Positions 47,261 to 56,720 of a stretch of DNA of 64,000 nucleotides are shown piece after piece; positions within the stretch are counted from its first letter, which is position 1; each line of letters opens with the position of its first letter. The notes beneath the pieces are model-generated. The model searched no databases. It saw only the letters and a list, made by a program, of their open reading frames with translations, and was not told where the DNA came from. This stretch comes from an uncultured Spirochaetia bacterium (GTDB lineage: Bacteria > Spirochaetota > Spirochaetia > CAZBHR01), in NCBI GenBank assembly GCA_964492025.1, contig CAZBHR010000001.1, forward strand, positions 241,603-305,602, written 5' to 3'. Position numbers and translations under genes: made by a program.

Positions 47261-47971
47261 TTACACTTCTAGTATAGCATCGTATATTTTTTTGGAGATT
47301 TCGGTAAAAGGACTCTGGGAAACATTCCGTGTTCCAGGCTCACCTGGAAGATGAATATCCAGAACCTTCTGTACAGGAGATTCAGAAAAAACGACGATTC
47401 TATGGGAGAGGTGTAGAGCATCTCGTACATCGTGGGTAACCATAACTGTTGTTCTGGGACTCTCCTTCCAAAGTAACAAGAAAAGTTCTGCAAGATGGTG
47501 CTGTAGCCTCAAGTCTAGAGATTGAAAAGGTTCATCAAGAAGAAGAATTTCACTGGGGTATGCAAAGGCACGAGCCATAGCAACCCGCTGTTTCATACCT
47601 CCCGAAAGTTCTCTGGGCAATGAGGATCTCTCATTCATCAGTTCTACCGCTTGTAATATGTGATTAACCTTGCCTTCCACCTCATCTTTGGAATAAAGCG
47701 ATTCTAAGGGAAGTGAGATATTTTTTTTCACACTGTACCAAGGAAGGAGTGTTGGATCCTGAAAAAGCATACTCCTTCGGCACTTAGGAGTAGATACATC
47801 TCCCCCATCGGGGGTTTCTAGTCCTGCAATCATTCTAAGAAGTGTGGTCTTTCCTGCCCCAGAAGGTCCTAATATAGTGGTGATACTCCCCTCCTCTATG
47901 GTCATGGAAAAATTACGATACACCACCTTTTCATCGTACACCTTGGTAATATTATTGATATCTATACTCAT
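47261..47971 (-). CDS. NitT/TauT-family ABC importer ATPase
   Basis: GPSGAGKTT, FQDPTLLPW, LSGGMKQR, LLDEPF, VTHD. Confidence 0.92.
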   Translation of the reverse strand: MSIDINNITKVYDEKVVYRNFSMTIEEGSITTILGPSGAGKTTLLRMIAGLETPDGGDVSTPKCRRSMLFQDPTLLPWYSVKKNISLPLESLYSKDEVEGKVNHILQAVELMNERSSLPRELSGGMKQRVAMARAFAYPSEILLLDEPFQSLDLRLQHHLAELFLLLWKESPRTTVMVTHDVRDALHLSHRIVVFSESPVQKVLDIHLPGEPGTRNVSQSPFTEISKKIYDAILEV

Positions 47972-48717
47972 GAGGAAACTCCTACCATAGCATACTTTCT
48001 TAATACCCTACCTAGAAGAGCTCCACCTAGAGCACTTCCTAGCACCGCAATACCTATATAAGCAAAAAGCTCCACCGTTGATAAACCAACCATAGCGAGC
48101 TGCATAGATCGTCCAAGGCCTATGACAGGTATTGCCAAAATCTCACCAGCAATTACTACCTTCCAACACATACCGTAGGATGAAAGGATTCCAGCCTGAA
48201 GATACCCCATTACCTCGGGGAATTGCACATGCTTAAACCGTTGCCAGCGAGTAAACTCAAAGAGTGTAGCCATCTCGCCATAGGATAAGTTTTTACGCTC
48301 CGATGCGACTAAAATATTTTGGGTAATGATAGGAAAAGCCATGATTACTCCAGAAAAGATAGGTATAACCGAAGTACTAAACCACATAAGTGTTATAAGG
48401 ATAAAGGCAACCACAGGAACAGTTCTAAGGGTTGTTATAAGTGGAGATATGATTCCTCGAAATATATTGCTTTGAGTAGCAAAAAAACCCAGGACACCTC
48501 CAATAAGCAAAGATAAAAGTGTGGCAACAATAACCCTAAAAAAGGTAGTGACAAGAGAGATAATTATTGGTTCTTCTGAGAAAATCCTTATGAGTTCTCG
48601 AAAGGTTGATAGAACCCCAGGAAGTATAAGTTCTGAGTCTATACTTTGGGATAGCCCCTCCCACAAAAGTAGGAGAAAGAACACTCCCAACAATGGGATC
48701 CACCAACCTTTCTTCAT
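47968..48717 (-). CDS. NitT/TauT-family ABC permease
   Basis: TM segments, LRTVPVVAF, CWKVVIAGE. Confidence 0.88.
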   Translation of the reverse strand: MKKGWWIPLLGVFFLLLLWEGLSQSIDSELILPGVLSTFRELIRIFSEEPIIISLVTTFFRVIVATLLSLLIGGVLGFFATQSNIFRGIISPLITTLRTVPVVAFILITLMWFSTSVIPIFSGVIMAFPIITQNILVASERKNLSYGEMATLFEFTRWQRFKHVQFPEVMGYLQAGILSSYGMCWKVVIAGEILAIPVIGLGRSMQLAMVGLSTVELFAYIGIAVLGSALGGALLGRVLRKYAMVGVSS

Positions 48718-48720
48718 ACC

Positions 48721-49674
48721 TTACTTCCAGTAGAAATTTTCATCTGGAAGAGACCCTCCGACAGATGAAGGATCCTGTAAAAACAGCTGATTAAGATAGA
48801 CCGTTGCCATAGATTGTGCGGTATCTCCCGTAATAAAGGTGAGTGCTAAATTAGGAATAGCCTTTTCTGCAACACTGCTTTTCATAATACCCCACTCTTC
48901 TACAATAGCACCAGCATCTTCAGGGTTCTCCTGTACCCACTGAATTGAACTTTCTAAATCATCAAGAAACAGATTAACAACCTTTGGCTGATTGTTCAGA
49001 AATTCTGAGGATATAAAAATACCGGTCATAGGATATGTTTCTCCTTGACCAACAGAGGAAATCCACTCCTCCTGTATATCAACTACCACAGAGAGATCCG
49101 GACGATTTAATACGAGAGTAACAAAGGGTTCAGGAAGAAGTGCTGTATCCACAAGTCCCTCCATTAGTGCCGTAGCAAGCTGGGAAGGAGCGTTGTAGGT
49201 AAAGTCCAAAGGTGCATGAATATCTCTATTCTTTGCAAGTATATTATATACAACCTCAGGAGAACCACCTTGACCAGCTCCATAGACAGTACTATTTTCT
49301 AAATCCTGAAAATCTTGAATACTTGAGTCTCGAGTAATAACCTGAAGCATACCTGTACCAGTTATAGCAACCAAGGAGTAGTTAACTCCCTTAGCAGTGT
49401 AAAGCTTAGCTCCTAGATTAAGTGGTATTGCAACAATATCACTCTCTCCTGTTACCATGGTAGGGACAATCTCCAATGGTGAAGTAAACACCCGAGGTAC
49501 CACCTGATACTCTTTGTAAACAGGGAGCTCTTCTAACATCTCTGCCATAGAGATACCAGTAGGTCCCGCAAGAACACTGAGAGTAAATTCCCCTGTAGGG
49601 TCAGTACTACATGAATTAAGTGCTATCAAAAACCCAAGTATTACAATAGATAAACCAATAAATTTTTTACTCAT
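48721..49674 (-). CDS. ABC substrate-binding lipoprotein (SsuA/NMT1-like)
   Basis: Start moved to MSKKFIGL at 49674; lipobox LNSC; AGPTG, GQGGSPE, LLPEPF, YPMTG. Confidence 0.85.
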   Translation of the reverse strand: MSKKFIGLSIVILGFLIALNSCSTDPTGEFTLSVLAGPTGISMAEMLEELPVYKEYQVVPRVFTSPLEIVPTMVTGESDIVAIPLNLGAKLYTAKGVNYSLVAITGTGMLQVITRDSSIQDFQDLENSTVYGAGQGGSPEVVYNILAKNRDIHAPLDFTYNAPSQLATALMEGLVDTALLPEPFVTLVLNRPDLSVVVDIQEEWISSVGQGETYPMTGIFISSEFLNNQPKVVNLFLDDLESSIQWVQENPEDAGAIVEEWGIMKSSVAEKAIPNLALTFITGDTAQSMATVYLNQLFLQDPSSVGGSLPDENFYWK

Positions 49675-49945
49675 AACACCCCTCCTCTTCTTGTAACTCC
49701 TTCTTTGAAATAGAAGAACCCGCAGTAACTCCTGAGAGTCGACCAAGTTTTCCTGTCAACTCATTAATCTCATCTAAAGAACCTACAACAGTGAGTGAGA
49801 TAACTGAGACTCCAGACTGCTGAAAAGGGATTCCCATACGACCTCTCACAATGTGAGAATATTCAGAAATTTTTGAGTTCACCTCTTTCTGAATTACTTC
49901 TGGTTCATCAAGAACCAAACCTATTACGGCTATGCGCTTGTTCAT
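49667..49945 (-). CDS. TM1266-family (iron-only hydrogenase system) putative regulator, NikR C-terminal-like
   Basis: RIAVIGLVL, VNSKISEY..IVRGRMGIP, VISLTVVG..DEINELTGKLGRLSGV. Confidence 0.85.
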   Translation of the reverse strand: MNKRIAVIGLVLDEPEVIQKEVNSKISEYSHIVRGRMGIPFQQSGVSVISLTVVGSLDEINELTGKLGRLSGVTAGSSISKKELQEEEGCYE

Positions 49946-50238
49946 AAAACTCCTCTCTGATACAAGAATTTCTCGTACCTAAGATATTGTGTAAGATAAC
50001 TAATAATTCAGAGCAAACTGAACTATTAGGATGCGGGATTGTATCATGGAGAAAGAGGTTATGCAAGAACCTGTTGTATTGATTTCAATGAAAGAGGGAA
50101 ATACTCAACAAAAACTCTTCTCACCATTCTGTATCTATAAATAAAAACATAAGTTTATAATAACAGGCCAACTGAGTTGACAGCTTCGTGATAAAATTCT
50201 ACACTACTCCTTATACTCAAATTACAAAGGAGCAGAGC

Positions 50239-51768
50239 ATGGAGAAGGTATTACTTTTTGACACAACCCTACGAGATGGTGAGCAGGCCCTACGGTCAAG
50301 TCTATCGGTGAAAGAAAAACTAGGTATCGCCAGAGCTCTCGCAAACCTAGGAGTAGATATTATTGAAGCGGGGTTTCCCGTAAGCTCTCCCGGAGACCTT
50401 ACCAGTGTTCGTACAATTGCGAAGGAGATTTCACCATTAGGACCTCGGGTGGCTGGACTTTCTCGAGCGGTTAAGGGAGATATTGACGCCTGTGCGGAAG
50501 CATTTAAGGGGTGTGAAAATACTCGTATCCATACCTTTATTGGAACATCGGAAATCCACACGTCCCAGAAGTTAAGAAAATCCAATGATCAAATTATTAC
50601 TATGGCGGTTGATGCAGTAACCTATGCACGAAACCTTCATAATAATATAGAGTTTTCCTGCGAGGATGCAGGACGGACAGATCGAGACTTTATGGTTAAA
50701 ATTATTGAAGCGGTCATAGCTGCGGGAGCTACAACCATTAATATACCAGACACCGTAGGGTATACAGCGGGATACCAGTTTGGAGAGATTATTAAGGATG
50801 TGATGAATAGAGTTCCCAATATTGATCAAGCAATTATATCGGTACACTGCCATAACGACTTAGGAATGGCAACAGCAAACTCTCTTCAGGCAATTCTCAA
50901 TGGAGCTAGACAGGTTGAATGTACCATAAATGGTATTGGAGAGCGCGCAGGAAATGCCTCTCTCGAAGAAATTGTAATGGCCCTAGATACTCGAAAGGAT
51001 ATTTTTGGGGTTACCACGGGAGCAAAACTTTCAGAGATCTACCCTACTAGTCGTTTGGTATCCCACGTATGTGCTATGCCAGTTCAACCAAATAAAGCTA
51101 TTGTTGGAGCAAATGCCTTTGCCCACTCCTCTGGAATTCATCAGGATGGAGTATTAAAGGCAAAAAACACCTACGAAATCATTCAGCCTGAGACCATTGG
51201 ACTTAAGGCTAACCAACTCAATCTTACAAGTAGAAGTGGTCGGCATGTTATAAAGCACAGACTCCAACTTTTGGGATACACAGAGGATAGTTATAATTTA
51301 GATAAGGTGTACTCGCGGTTTTTAAAGTTAGCTGACAAAAAGGGATCTGTCTATGACGATGATCTTGAAGCGTTAATGGAGTTGGGAGTTACCGATGAAG
51401 AGGGATTCTTTACCCTCCAGTACCTAAACGCAACTTCTGGTTCAGGAATTGTACCTACAGCTACGGTGAAGGTAGCCTTTGGAGATACGGGTAAGGTTGT
51501 TCAAGAGGCCTCTACTGGAGATGGTCCTGTTGATGCATCATGTAAGGCTATTGAGCGTGCTACCGGAGTAGTATTAAAACTTACGGATTACGCTCTCTCT
51601 GGTGTAACAGGAGGCCGAGACGCTCTTGGAGAGGTTCGTATTATTGCTGAGTATGAGGGCAAAAAGTACCACGGTCATGGATCAAGTACCGATATTGTTG
51701 AAGCTTCTACCCTCGCCTACCTTCAAGCAATTAATAAAGTGTATATGATGCAACAGGTTAAGCATTAA
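50239..51768 (+). CDS. leuA: 2-isopropylmalate synthase
   Basis: FDTTLRDGEQA, HCHNDLG, GERAGNA, HSSGIHQDG, C-terminal regulatory domain; ATG at 50239 after AGGAG. Confidence 0.95.
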   Translation: MEKVLLFDTTLRDGEQALRSSLSVKEKLGIARALANLGVDIIEAGFPVSSPGDLTSVRTIAKEISPLGPRVAGLSRAVKGDIDACAEAFKGCENTRIHTFIGTSEIHTSQKLRKSNDQIITMAVDAVTYARNLHNNIEFSCEDAGRTDRDFMVKIIEAVIAAGATTINIPDTVGYTAGYQFGEIIKDVMNRVPNIDQAIISVHCHNDLGMATANSLQAILNGARQVECTINGIGERAGNASLEEIVMALDTRKDIFGVTTGAKLSEIYPTSRLVSHVCAMPVQPNKAIVGANAFAHSSGIHQDGVLKAKNTYEIIQPETIGLKANQLNLTSRSGRHVIKHRLQLLGYTEDSYNLDKVYSRFLKLADKKGSVYDDDLEALMELGVTDEEGFFTLQYLNATSGSGIVPTATVKVAFGDTGKVVQEASTGDGPVDASCKAIERATGVVLKLTDYALSGVTGGRDALGEVRIIAEYEGKKYHGHGSSTDIVEASTLAYLQAINKVYMMQQVKH

Positions 51769-51772
51769 TCTG

Positions 51773-51800
51773 AAAACCCCCTTCATAATGGAGGGGGTAC
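51773..51800. terminator. Probable terminator between leuA and the RM cassette
   Basis: AAAACCCCCTTC-ataatg-GAGGGGGT. Confidence 0.6.
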
Positions 51801-51805
51801 ATCAC

Positions 51806-52987
51806 TTAATCACCATGGAAAGATCTTTTTTCATCCTTGTTTTTACTCAAAAATTCTTCATAACTACCCATTTTTGCTTTATCAATTTCAAAGCTTCCAT
51901 CCTCATGCTTGACAATAACAACACTATCAAATCCAAGTTCATTCATCTTCTCTATAGTCAATAACTCACCCTCTTTTAACGCAAAGACTGTTCTTAATAA
52001 CCATGAAGAAAGGGCTTTATTGGGATTTGTCATAAGAGCCTTATTTCCATCCTGACAAACTTTTGCAGAAAGAATGTCTCCAGAGGGAACTTTAAGATTA
52101 AAAGGAGTATTACGCGGAGGGAAAAATCCAGGAGCAATAGTATGAATTACTTTAGGAATAGGAATATAAACTTCGCCATAGTTTCTTGTCCTACCAGAGG
52201 CATTCCATTGATTTAACCCACTTTTCTCAGGAACAGATTTAGGTTTTGAGGATCTCGTACTATATAGGGGAAGATAAATTACATTATGCTGATTCTGTAA
52301 TGTGACTCGAGAGGGTACTCTCGTAAAACTCATTGAGGGATCTTCTCCTAATAAACCTAACAGTAAACTATACGGGTCTTCTAGAATTTCAATATCTAAT
52401 GAGTATGCACTTAAAGGGATTAAAAATTTTCGATATAGAGTACTTTTAGAGTAATTATAACTATAGAAATTCTTCCCATCTTCAAAATGTAAGCTAGCCT
52501 TTCTATCTTTAATAACCCTTATATGATCTGTATCTATTTCATTATAGTCTGTATCAAACAGTACAAGCTTTTTTTCTTGTCTTGCCACGATATGATAAAT
52601 TGAATTCTCAATATTATATAATCGGTTAGAAAGCTGAATTCGTGCATTTCTAAATTCTGAAAGCTTAACCGCCAACTCTTTACCAGAACATTCTGACAGA
52701 ACAGGAGCTAAAGCATTAAACTCTGCAATTTTTTCAACGCTACTATTATTAGCACAGATAAAAGTTTTCAAACCAACTCCCAAGGCACCCAACTGCGCAT
52801 CAAAAGCCGTATCAGATCGTGATAAGTTCCGAGCTCCAAAACTTCGACAAAAAATATTCTCAACAACTCTATAGTTAATAAATGGCACCGTATTATCACT
52901 AAATAGTCCTGATAGCTTAGCTATCGCAGACAATAGTTTTAAATAACCGCCATTTTCCTTAACATCAATACTACTAAAAATTTTCAT
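51806..52987 (-). CDS. Putative type II restriction endonuclease (NgoFVII-family-like C-terminus)
   Basis: Coupled (ATGA overlap) to a C5 MTase. Motifs SRSDTAFDA...GLKTF, EKIAEFN, SGLNQWNA.GR.R..GEVYIPIP, KALMTNPN..L..W. Confidence 0.75.
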   Translation of the reverse strand: MKIFSSIDVKENGGYLKLLSAIAKLSGLFSDNTVPFINYRVVENIFCRSFGARNLSRSDTAFDAQLGALGVGLKTFICANNSSVEKIAEFNALAPVLSECSGKELAVKLSEFRNARIQLSNRLYNIENSIYHIVARQEKKLVLFDTDYNEIDTDHIRVIKDRKASLHFEDGKNFYSYNYSKSTLYRKFLIPLSAYSLDIEILEDPYSLLLGLLGEDPSMSFTRVPSRVTLQNQHNVIYLPLYSTRSSKPKSVPEKSGLNQWNASGRTRNYGEVYIPIPKVIHTIAPGFFPPRNTPFNLKVPSGDILSAKVCQDGNKALMTNPNKALSSWLLRTVFALKEGELLTIEKMNELGFDSVVIVKHEDGSFEIDKAKMGSYEEFLSKNKDEKRSFHGD

Positions 52988-54243
52988 AAAACCTCTTTTA
53001 TCTTACAGGAGATTCTTTCAATCAAAGTTGTCGTAACTGAGTTACCTGCTTGCATATATAGCTTACTATTAGCAATACTTGGTAAAATAAACCGCTCAAT
53101 AGGATAGCCCTGAAAGGCAAAGCATTCCTTCGGTGTTAACTTCCTTATGCCAAAATCATCTTTAATCAAAGGAACATTATGACCACCAGTACCCATATTT
53201 GCAGTTAGCGTAGGACATACACAGCTTTTATTTTCTCGAACATAAACTCTCCGCCACTGGTATATTGTATCTTTACGAGTAATTGTTTTTTCCAATTCTG
53301 AATAATATATATGATCCTTAGAATAATAAAATTTTTGATCTTGCTTTCCAACTTCTAAGAAATCATGAATACTCTTAGTGAGAGGAATCTCATTAGGAAA
53401 AGAGAATTTTCTATAATTAGGAACTTGGAGAGGATCAAAGGCTACAATAAAAATACGCTCTCGGTTTTGAGGGACATTAGCATGAGTCATTGAGTTAAGT
53501 ACTTGGTAATAAACTTTATATCCCAATTTATGTTCCAGAGAGTTTAATATTACTTGAAAAGTATGACCTTTATCATGAGCGACCAAATTTTTGACATTTT
53601 CTAAAAAAATTACTTTAGGCTTATGTTTTTCTGCGATCTCCTCTATATCGAAGAATAAATTCCCCCGACTATCATCAAAACCTTTTCTATATCCTGCAAT
53701 TGAGAAAGCCTGACAAGGGAACCCCGCACATAATATATCAAAATTATCAGGGATATAATTCTTTACTCTCTTTTCTGTTATGTCTCCAAAAGGAATTTCT
53801 CCAAAGTTGCATTCATAGGTTTTTTTTGCTCCAAAATCCCACTCACTTGAATACATGCACTTTCCACCAATATTTTGCAAGGCTAATCGAAATCCACCTA
53901 CTCCAGCAAACAGATCTATAAAAGTAAATTCAGGACTAGGCTGAGGTAAAAAAGGAGCCTCGAAGTCAAATAGCCCATAATTCATTACAGCCTCTGCAAC
54001 TTCTAAGCTTACACTCTTTTCAGGGTATGTGTAAGATAAAAGTTTTTTAACTAAAGCTAGAGCTTCATTCTTCATAGAATCATTATTCTTGTAATAATCC
54101 TTATTATGCACATAATGAGTTAATATAGATTCCTCATAACCCTCTTGGTCAAAAAAACTTTTTCTAAAATTTGTATCACGTAGTGATTGTAATAATGCTT
54201 CTTTTGAAAATTCCATACTTGTACAATATATATTATCTCTCAA
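52984..54243 (-). CDS. DNA (cytosine-5) methyltransferase
   Basis: FIDLFAGVGG, GFPCQ, ENVKNL, QNRERIF, RKLTPKEC, QAGNSV. The true start may be the ATG at 54216. Confidence 0.96.
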   Translation of the reverse strand: MRDNIYCTSMEFSKEALLQSLRDTNFRKSFFDQEGYEESILTHYVHNKDYYKNNDSMKNEALALVKKLLSYTYPEKSVSLEVAEAVMNYGLFDFEAPFLPQPSPEFTFIDLFAGVGGFRLALQNIGGKCMYSSEWDFGAKKTYECNFGEIPFGDITEKRVKNYIPDNFDILCAGFPCQAFSIAGYRKGFDDSRGNLFFDIEEIAEKHKPKVIFLENVKNLVAHDKGHTFQVILNSLEHKLGYKVYYQVLNSMTHANVPQNRERIFIVAFDPLQVPNYRKFSFPNEIPLTKSIHDFLEVGKQDQKFYYSKDHIYYSELEKTITRKDTIYQWRRVYVRENKSCVCPTLTANMGTGGHNVPLIKDDFGIRKLTPKECFAFQGYPIERFILPSIANSKLYMQAGNSVTTTLIERISCKIKEVL

Positions 54244-54294
54244 AAAAAATGTAGTAAAAACTTCCCAAGTGTAGCCGTTTAAACAAATATTTTT

Positions 54295-54927
54295 TTACGA
54301 TAGAGCGATTTTCTTCCCCATAAGGGTTACACCTTTATCTACATCTCCCTTGGTAAGTAACACAGAGAACCCCATACTTTTGTAAAAGGCGATTGCCCGA
54401 TGGTTATCACTCCCTACCCCTAGATGAACCCCTGGACATCCAATGTCACGAAGATGATTGAGGAGTGCTGTCATAAGCCCTTTCCCTAACCCCATCCCCT
54501 GATATCCTGGAAGAATGTCTATATGGAGATGAGAGGGATACTCTTTCGCTATTTTCTTCATATATGGGTAGGAGTAATCCTCAAGAATTGGTCGAAAAGA
54601 CCGTTTATAGGTTGTGTACTCTTGGGGATAATCTTTTTTGAGATCTTTCATACGATCTTTAATAAGGGGAACTATAATTTGCTTATAATTCTCTCTGTAC
54701 TTAAGAGAATTTACCGTAGAAAGAACATAACCGATAGGCTTGTCATCTTCATCTGCTGCTACAAAGCAGTGTTCAGAGTCGTACAGTACGTAATACAGTG
54801 CCCACCGTAGAGCTACAAGTTCTTGATCTGGAAAGTTGGGTCCTCCAAAAAATGTTTGGTGGCAAATATAACTTACCCTACTCTGGTCAGTTCGCTTTAG
54901 TTTCCGTATGGTAATGGTCTCTTCCAT
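54295..54927 (-). CDS. GNAT-family acetyltransferase
   Basis: HLHIDILPGYQGMGLGK, GVHLGV..DN.RAIAFYK.MGF. Confidence 0.9.
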   Translation of the reverse strand: MEETITIRKLKRTDQSRVSYICHQTFFGGPNFPDQELVALRWALYYVLYDSEHCFVAADEDDKPIGYVLSTVNSLKYRENYKQIIVPLIKDRMKDLKKDYPQEYTTYKRSFRPILEDYSYPYMKKIAKEYPSHLHIDILPGYQGMGLGKGLMTALLNHLRDIGCPGVHLGVGSDNHRAIAFYKSMGFSVLLTKGDVDKGVTLMGKKIALS

Positions 54928-54935
54928 AATAGCCT

Positions 54936-56720
54936 CTACTCCCAATCGATAAGAAGGCCAACAGCATCTCGTCCCACATATATTCCAATTGGGCTACACA
55001 CATAGTCAGTATACCGTGGCTCTAAACCTGTAAGGCTTCTCATATATTCTACCATCTCATCAATCTCTGTAGAAATAGTGCTGTGCATAATGGTGTATGA
55101 TTTAATAGTACCTTTTTTAAGGTTCTGTTTTATCTCATCAAAGATTCGTTTACGCGCACCCTTTCGGCTAAAGGCTTGCTTATGCATATGGATTCCACCC
55201 TTTGTAATGTGCAGGGTTGGTCTAAAACCGATACTTTTTCCAACTTTTGATACCATACCGCTTACCCTACCACTTCGGCCTAGGTAATCAATAGTATCAA
55301 GGGATACATAAAAGTCCTGTTTCTTCTCTACCTTTTGAATCTGCTCAACAATCTCCTGATGAGAGGCACCCTCCTCTGCCATTTCAGCAGCTCTGAGTAC
55401 CATTGTTGCGAGTCCCGCAGATAGGGTGTGGGAGTTAACAACAGAAATTCTTTCACCCTGTGGATCAAGCTGGCTTGCAACGTTTTTACAGTTCTGATAG
55501 GTTCCACTTAACTCATTGGATATGTGGATAGAAATAATAGAGTCGTAATGATGCAACAGCGATTCGTACATATGGGTGATGTATCCCGGTGTAGGTTGAG
55601 ATGATGTGGGGTGCTCATCGTACTGCATAAGCTCATCATATATCTCTTTATGGTCAAATGTTCTCTTATCTAAGTAGGATATGCCCCCTAAGGAGATAAT
55701 CATAGGCATCTCATGAATTTGATACTGGTCAAATAACTCCTGTGGCATATCACAGGCTGCGTCGGTAACAATCGCGATTGATCCCTTTCGAGCGTAGGCG
55801 GCTTCATACTCTCTTACCATATCATCAACCTTCTGCTCTACGATAGTTCCATAGGGTTTCAATGTGGACACTACCCTATTTGGCTCATTCGTATGAATGT
55901 GAACTCGGATCTTATTTTTATTCCCAGCCACAATAATACTATCGCCAAACTCTTTTAAGGTTTTTTTAAAAAATGGTATTCTCTTTGTCACTCCCTGTAA
56001 CAGGAGTTCTGTACAGTACCGAAGATTGGGAGCTTCGGTACCGTGGGCTGGTGCGGCAATTCGCTCTACCTTATCAGTCTGTATTGTAGCAACAGGAGAA
56101 AATACCCCTTCGGTCATCTCTTTTATTGATCGTGAAATGCCTCGAAGAAAACAGACAAAACCTTCGGCTCCCGCATCTACTGTATCGTAAGAGAAGGTTA
56201 CTTCCTTAATTTTTCCCGCAGTAAGCTTTAAGGATTTTTCCGCATCTTGTAGAGTCTTCCGAAGAAGATCTGAAAATTGACTAGAATGTTTATGCTTTTG
56301 AAGCGACTCACTCCAGTGTTTCATAACCGTAAGAATGGTACCCTCTACAGGCTTACTCATAGACTCATAAGCCCGGGTAACCGCCTCTTTTACGGCATCG
56401 CAAAAATCATGGATACTCATATCCTTCAGGCTTTCTACATTATCACTCATTCCACCTAAAAATTGAGCAAAAATAACTCCTGAGTTTCCACGGGCTCCCA
56501 TAAGAGCCGCGTCCGCAACAGAGGCCATGGTAAGACTTGCTGAAGAGTCTGCCTGGGCATTACACATAACCGCATTGAGGGTGTGTGCAAGGTTAGTACC
56601 GGTATCTCCATCGGGAACAGGAAACACATTAATATCATTAATATAGTCCTTATGTTGTAAGATCTCTCGTCCCCCAGAGATAATTGCATGGTACAAATCT
56701 TGTCCAGTCAATATATTCAT
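54936..56720 (-). CDS. DAK2-DegV fusion (fatty-acid kinase FakA-FakB-like)
   Basis: DAK2: INVFPVPDGDTGTN, GARGNSGVI. Linker: YCTE, VHIHTN. DegV: IVTDAACD, SSQP, SGTY, LGRSGR. Confidence 0.9.
   Translation of the reverse strand: MNILTGQDLYHAIISGGREILQHKDYINDINVFPVPDGDTGTNLAHTLNAVMCNAQADSSASLTMASVADAALMGARGNSGVIFAQFLGGMSDNVESLKDMSIHDFCDAVKEAVTRAYESMSKPVEGTILTVMKHWSESLQKHKHSSQFSDLLRKTLQDAEKSLKLTAGKIKEVTFSYDTVDAGAEGFVCFLRGISRSIKEMTEGVFSPVATIQTDKVERIAAPAHGTEAPNLRYCTELLLQGVTKRIPFFKKTLKEFGDSIIVAGNKNKIRVHIHTNEPNRVVSTLKPYGTIVEQKVDDMVREYEAAYARKGSIAIVTDAACDMPQELFDQYQIHEMPMIISLGGISYLDKRTFDHKEIYDELMQYDEHPTSSQPTPGYITHMYESLLHHYDSIISIHISNELSGTYQNCKNVASQLDPQGERISVVNSHTLSAGLATMVLRAAEMAEEGASHQEIVEQIQKVEKKQDFYVSLDTIDYLGRSGRVSGMVSKVGKSIGFRPTLHITKGGIHMHKQAFSRKGARKRIFDEIKQNLKKGTIKSYTIMHSTISTEIDEMVEYMRSLTGLEPRYTDYVCSPIGIYVGRDAVGLLIDWE

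Noticed and set aside
49946-50187. Riboswitch (TPP or cobalamin) or NikR-like operator upstream of the TM1266-ABC operon
   Set aside because: No CTGAGA or other riboswitch core was found. The TCGTAC-N12-GTAAGA palindrome is weak, and TM1266 proteins lack an obvious DNA-binding domain.
50189-50230. Leu-rich stretch (CTA CTC CTT ATA CTC) before leuA as an attenuator leader peptide
   Set aside because: That frame is preceded by TGA TAA with no start codon, and no terminator/antiterminator hairpins are visible
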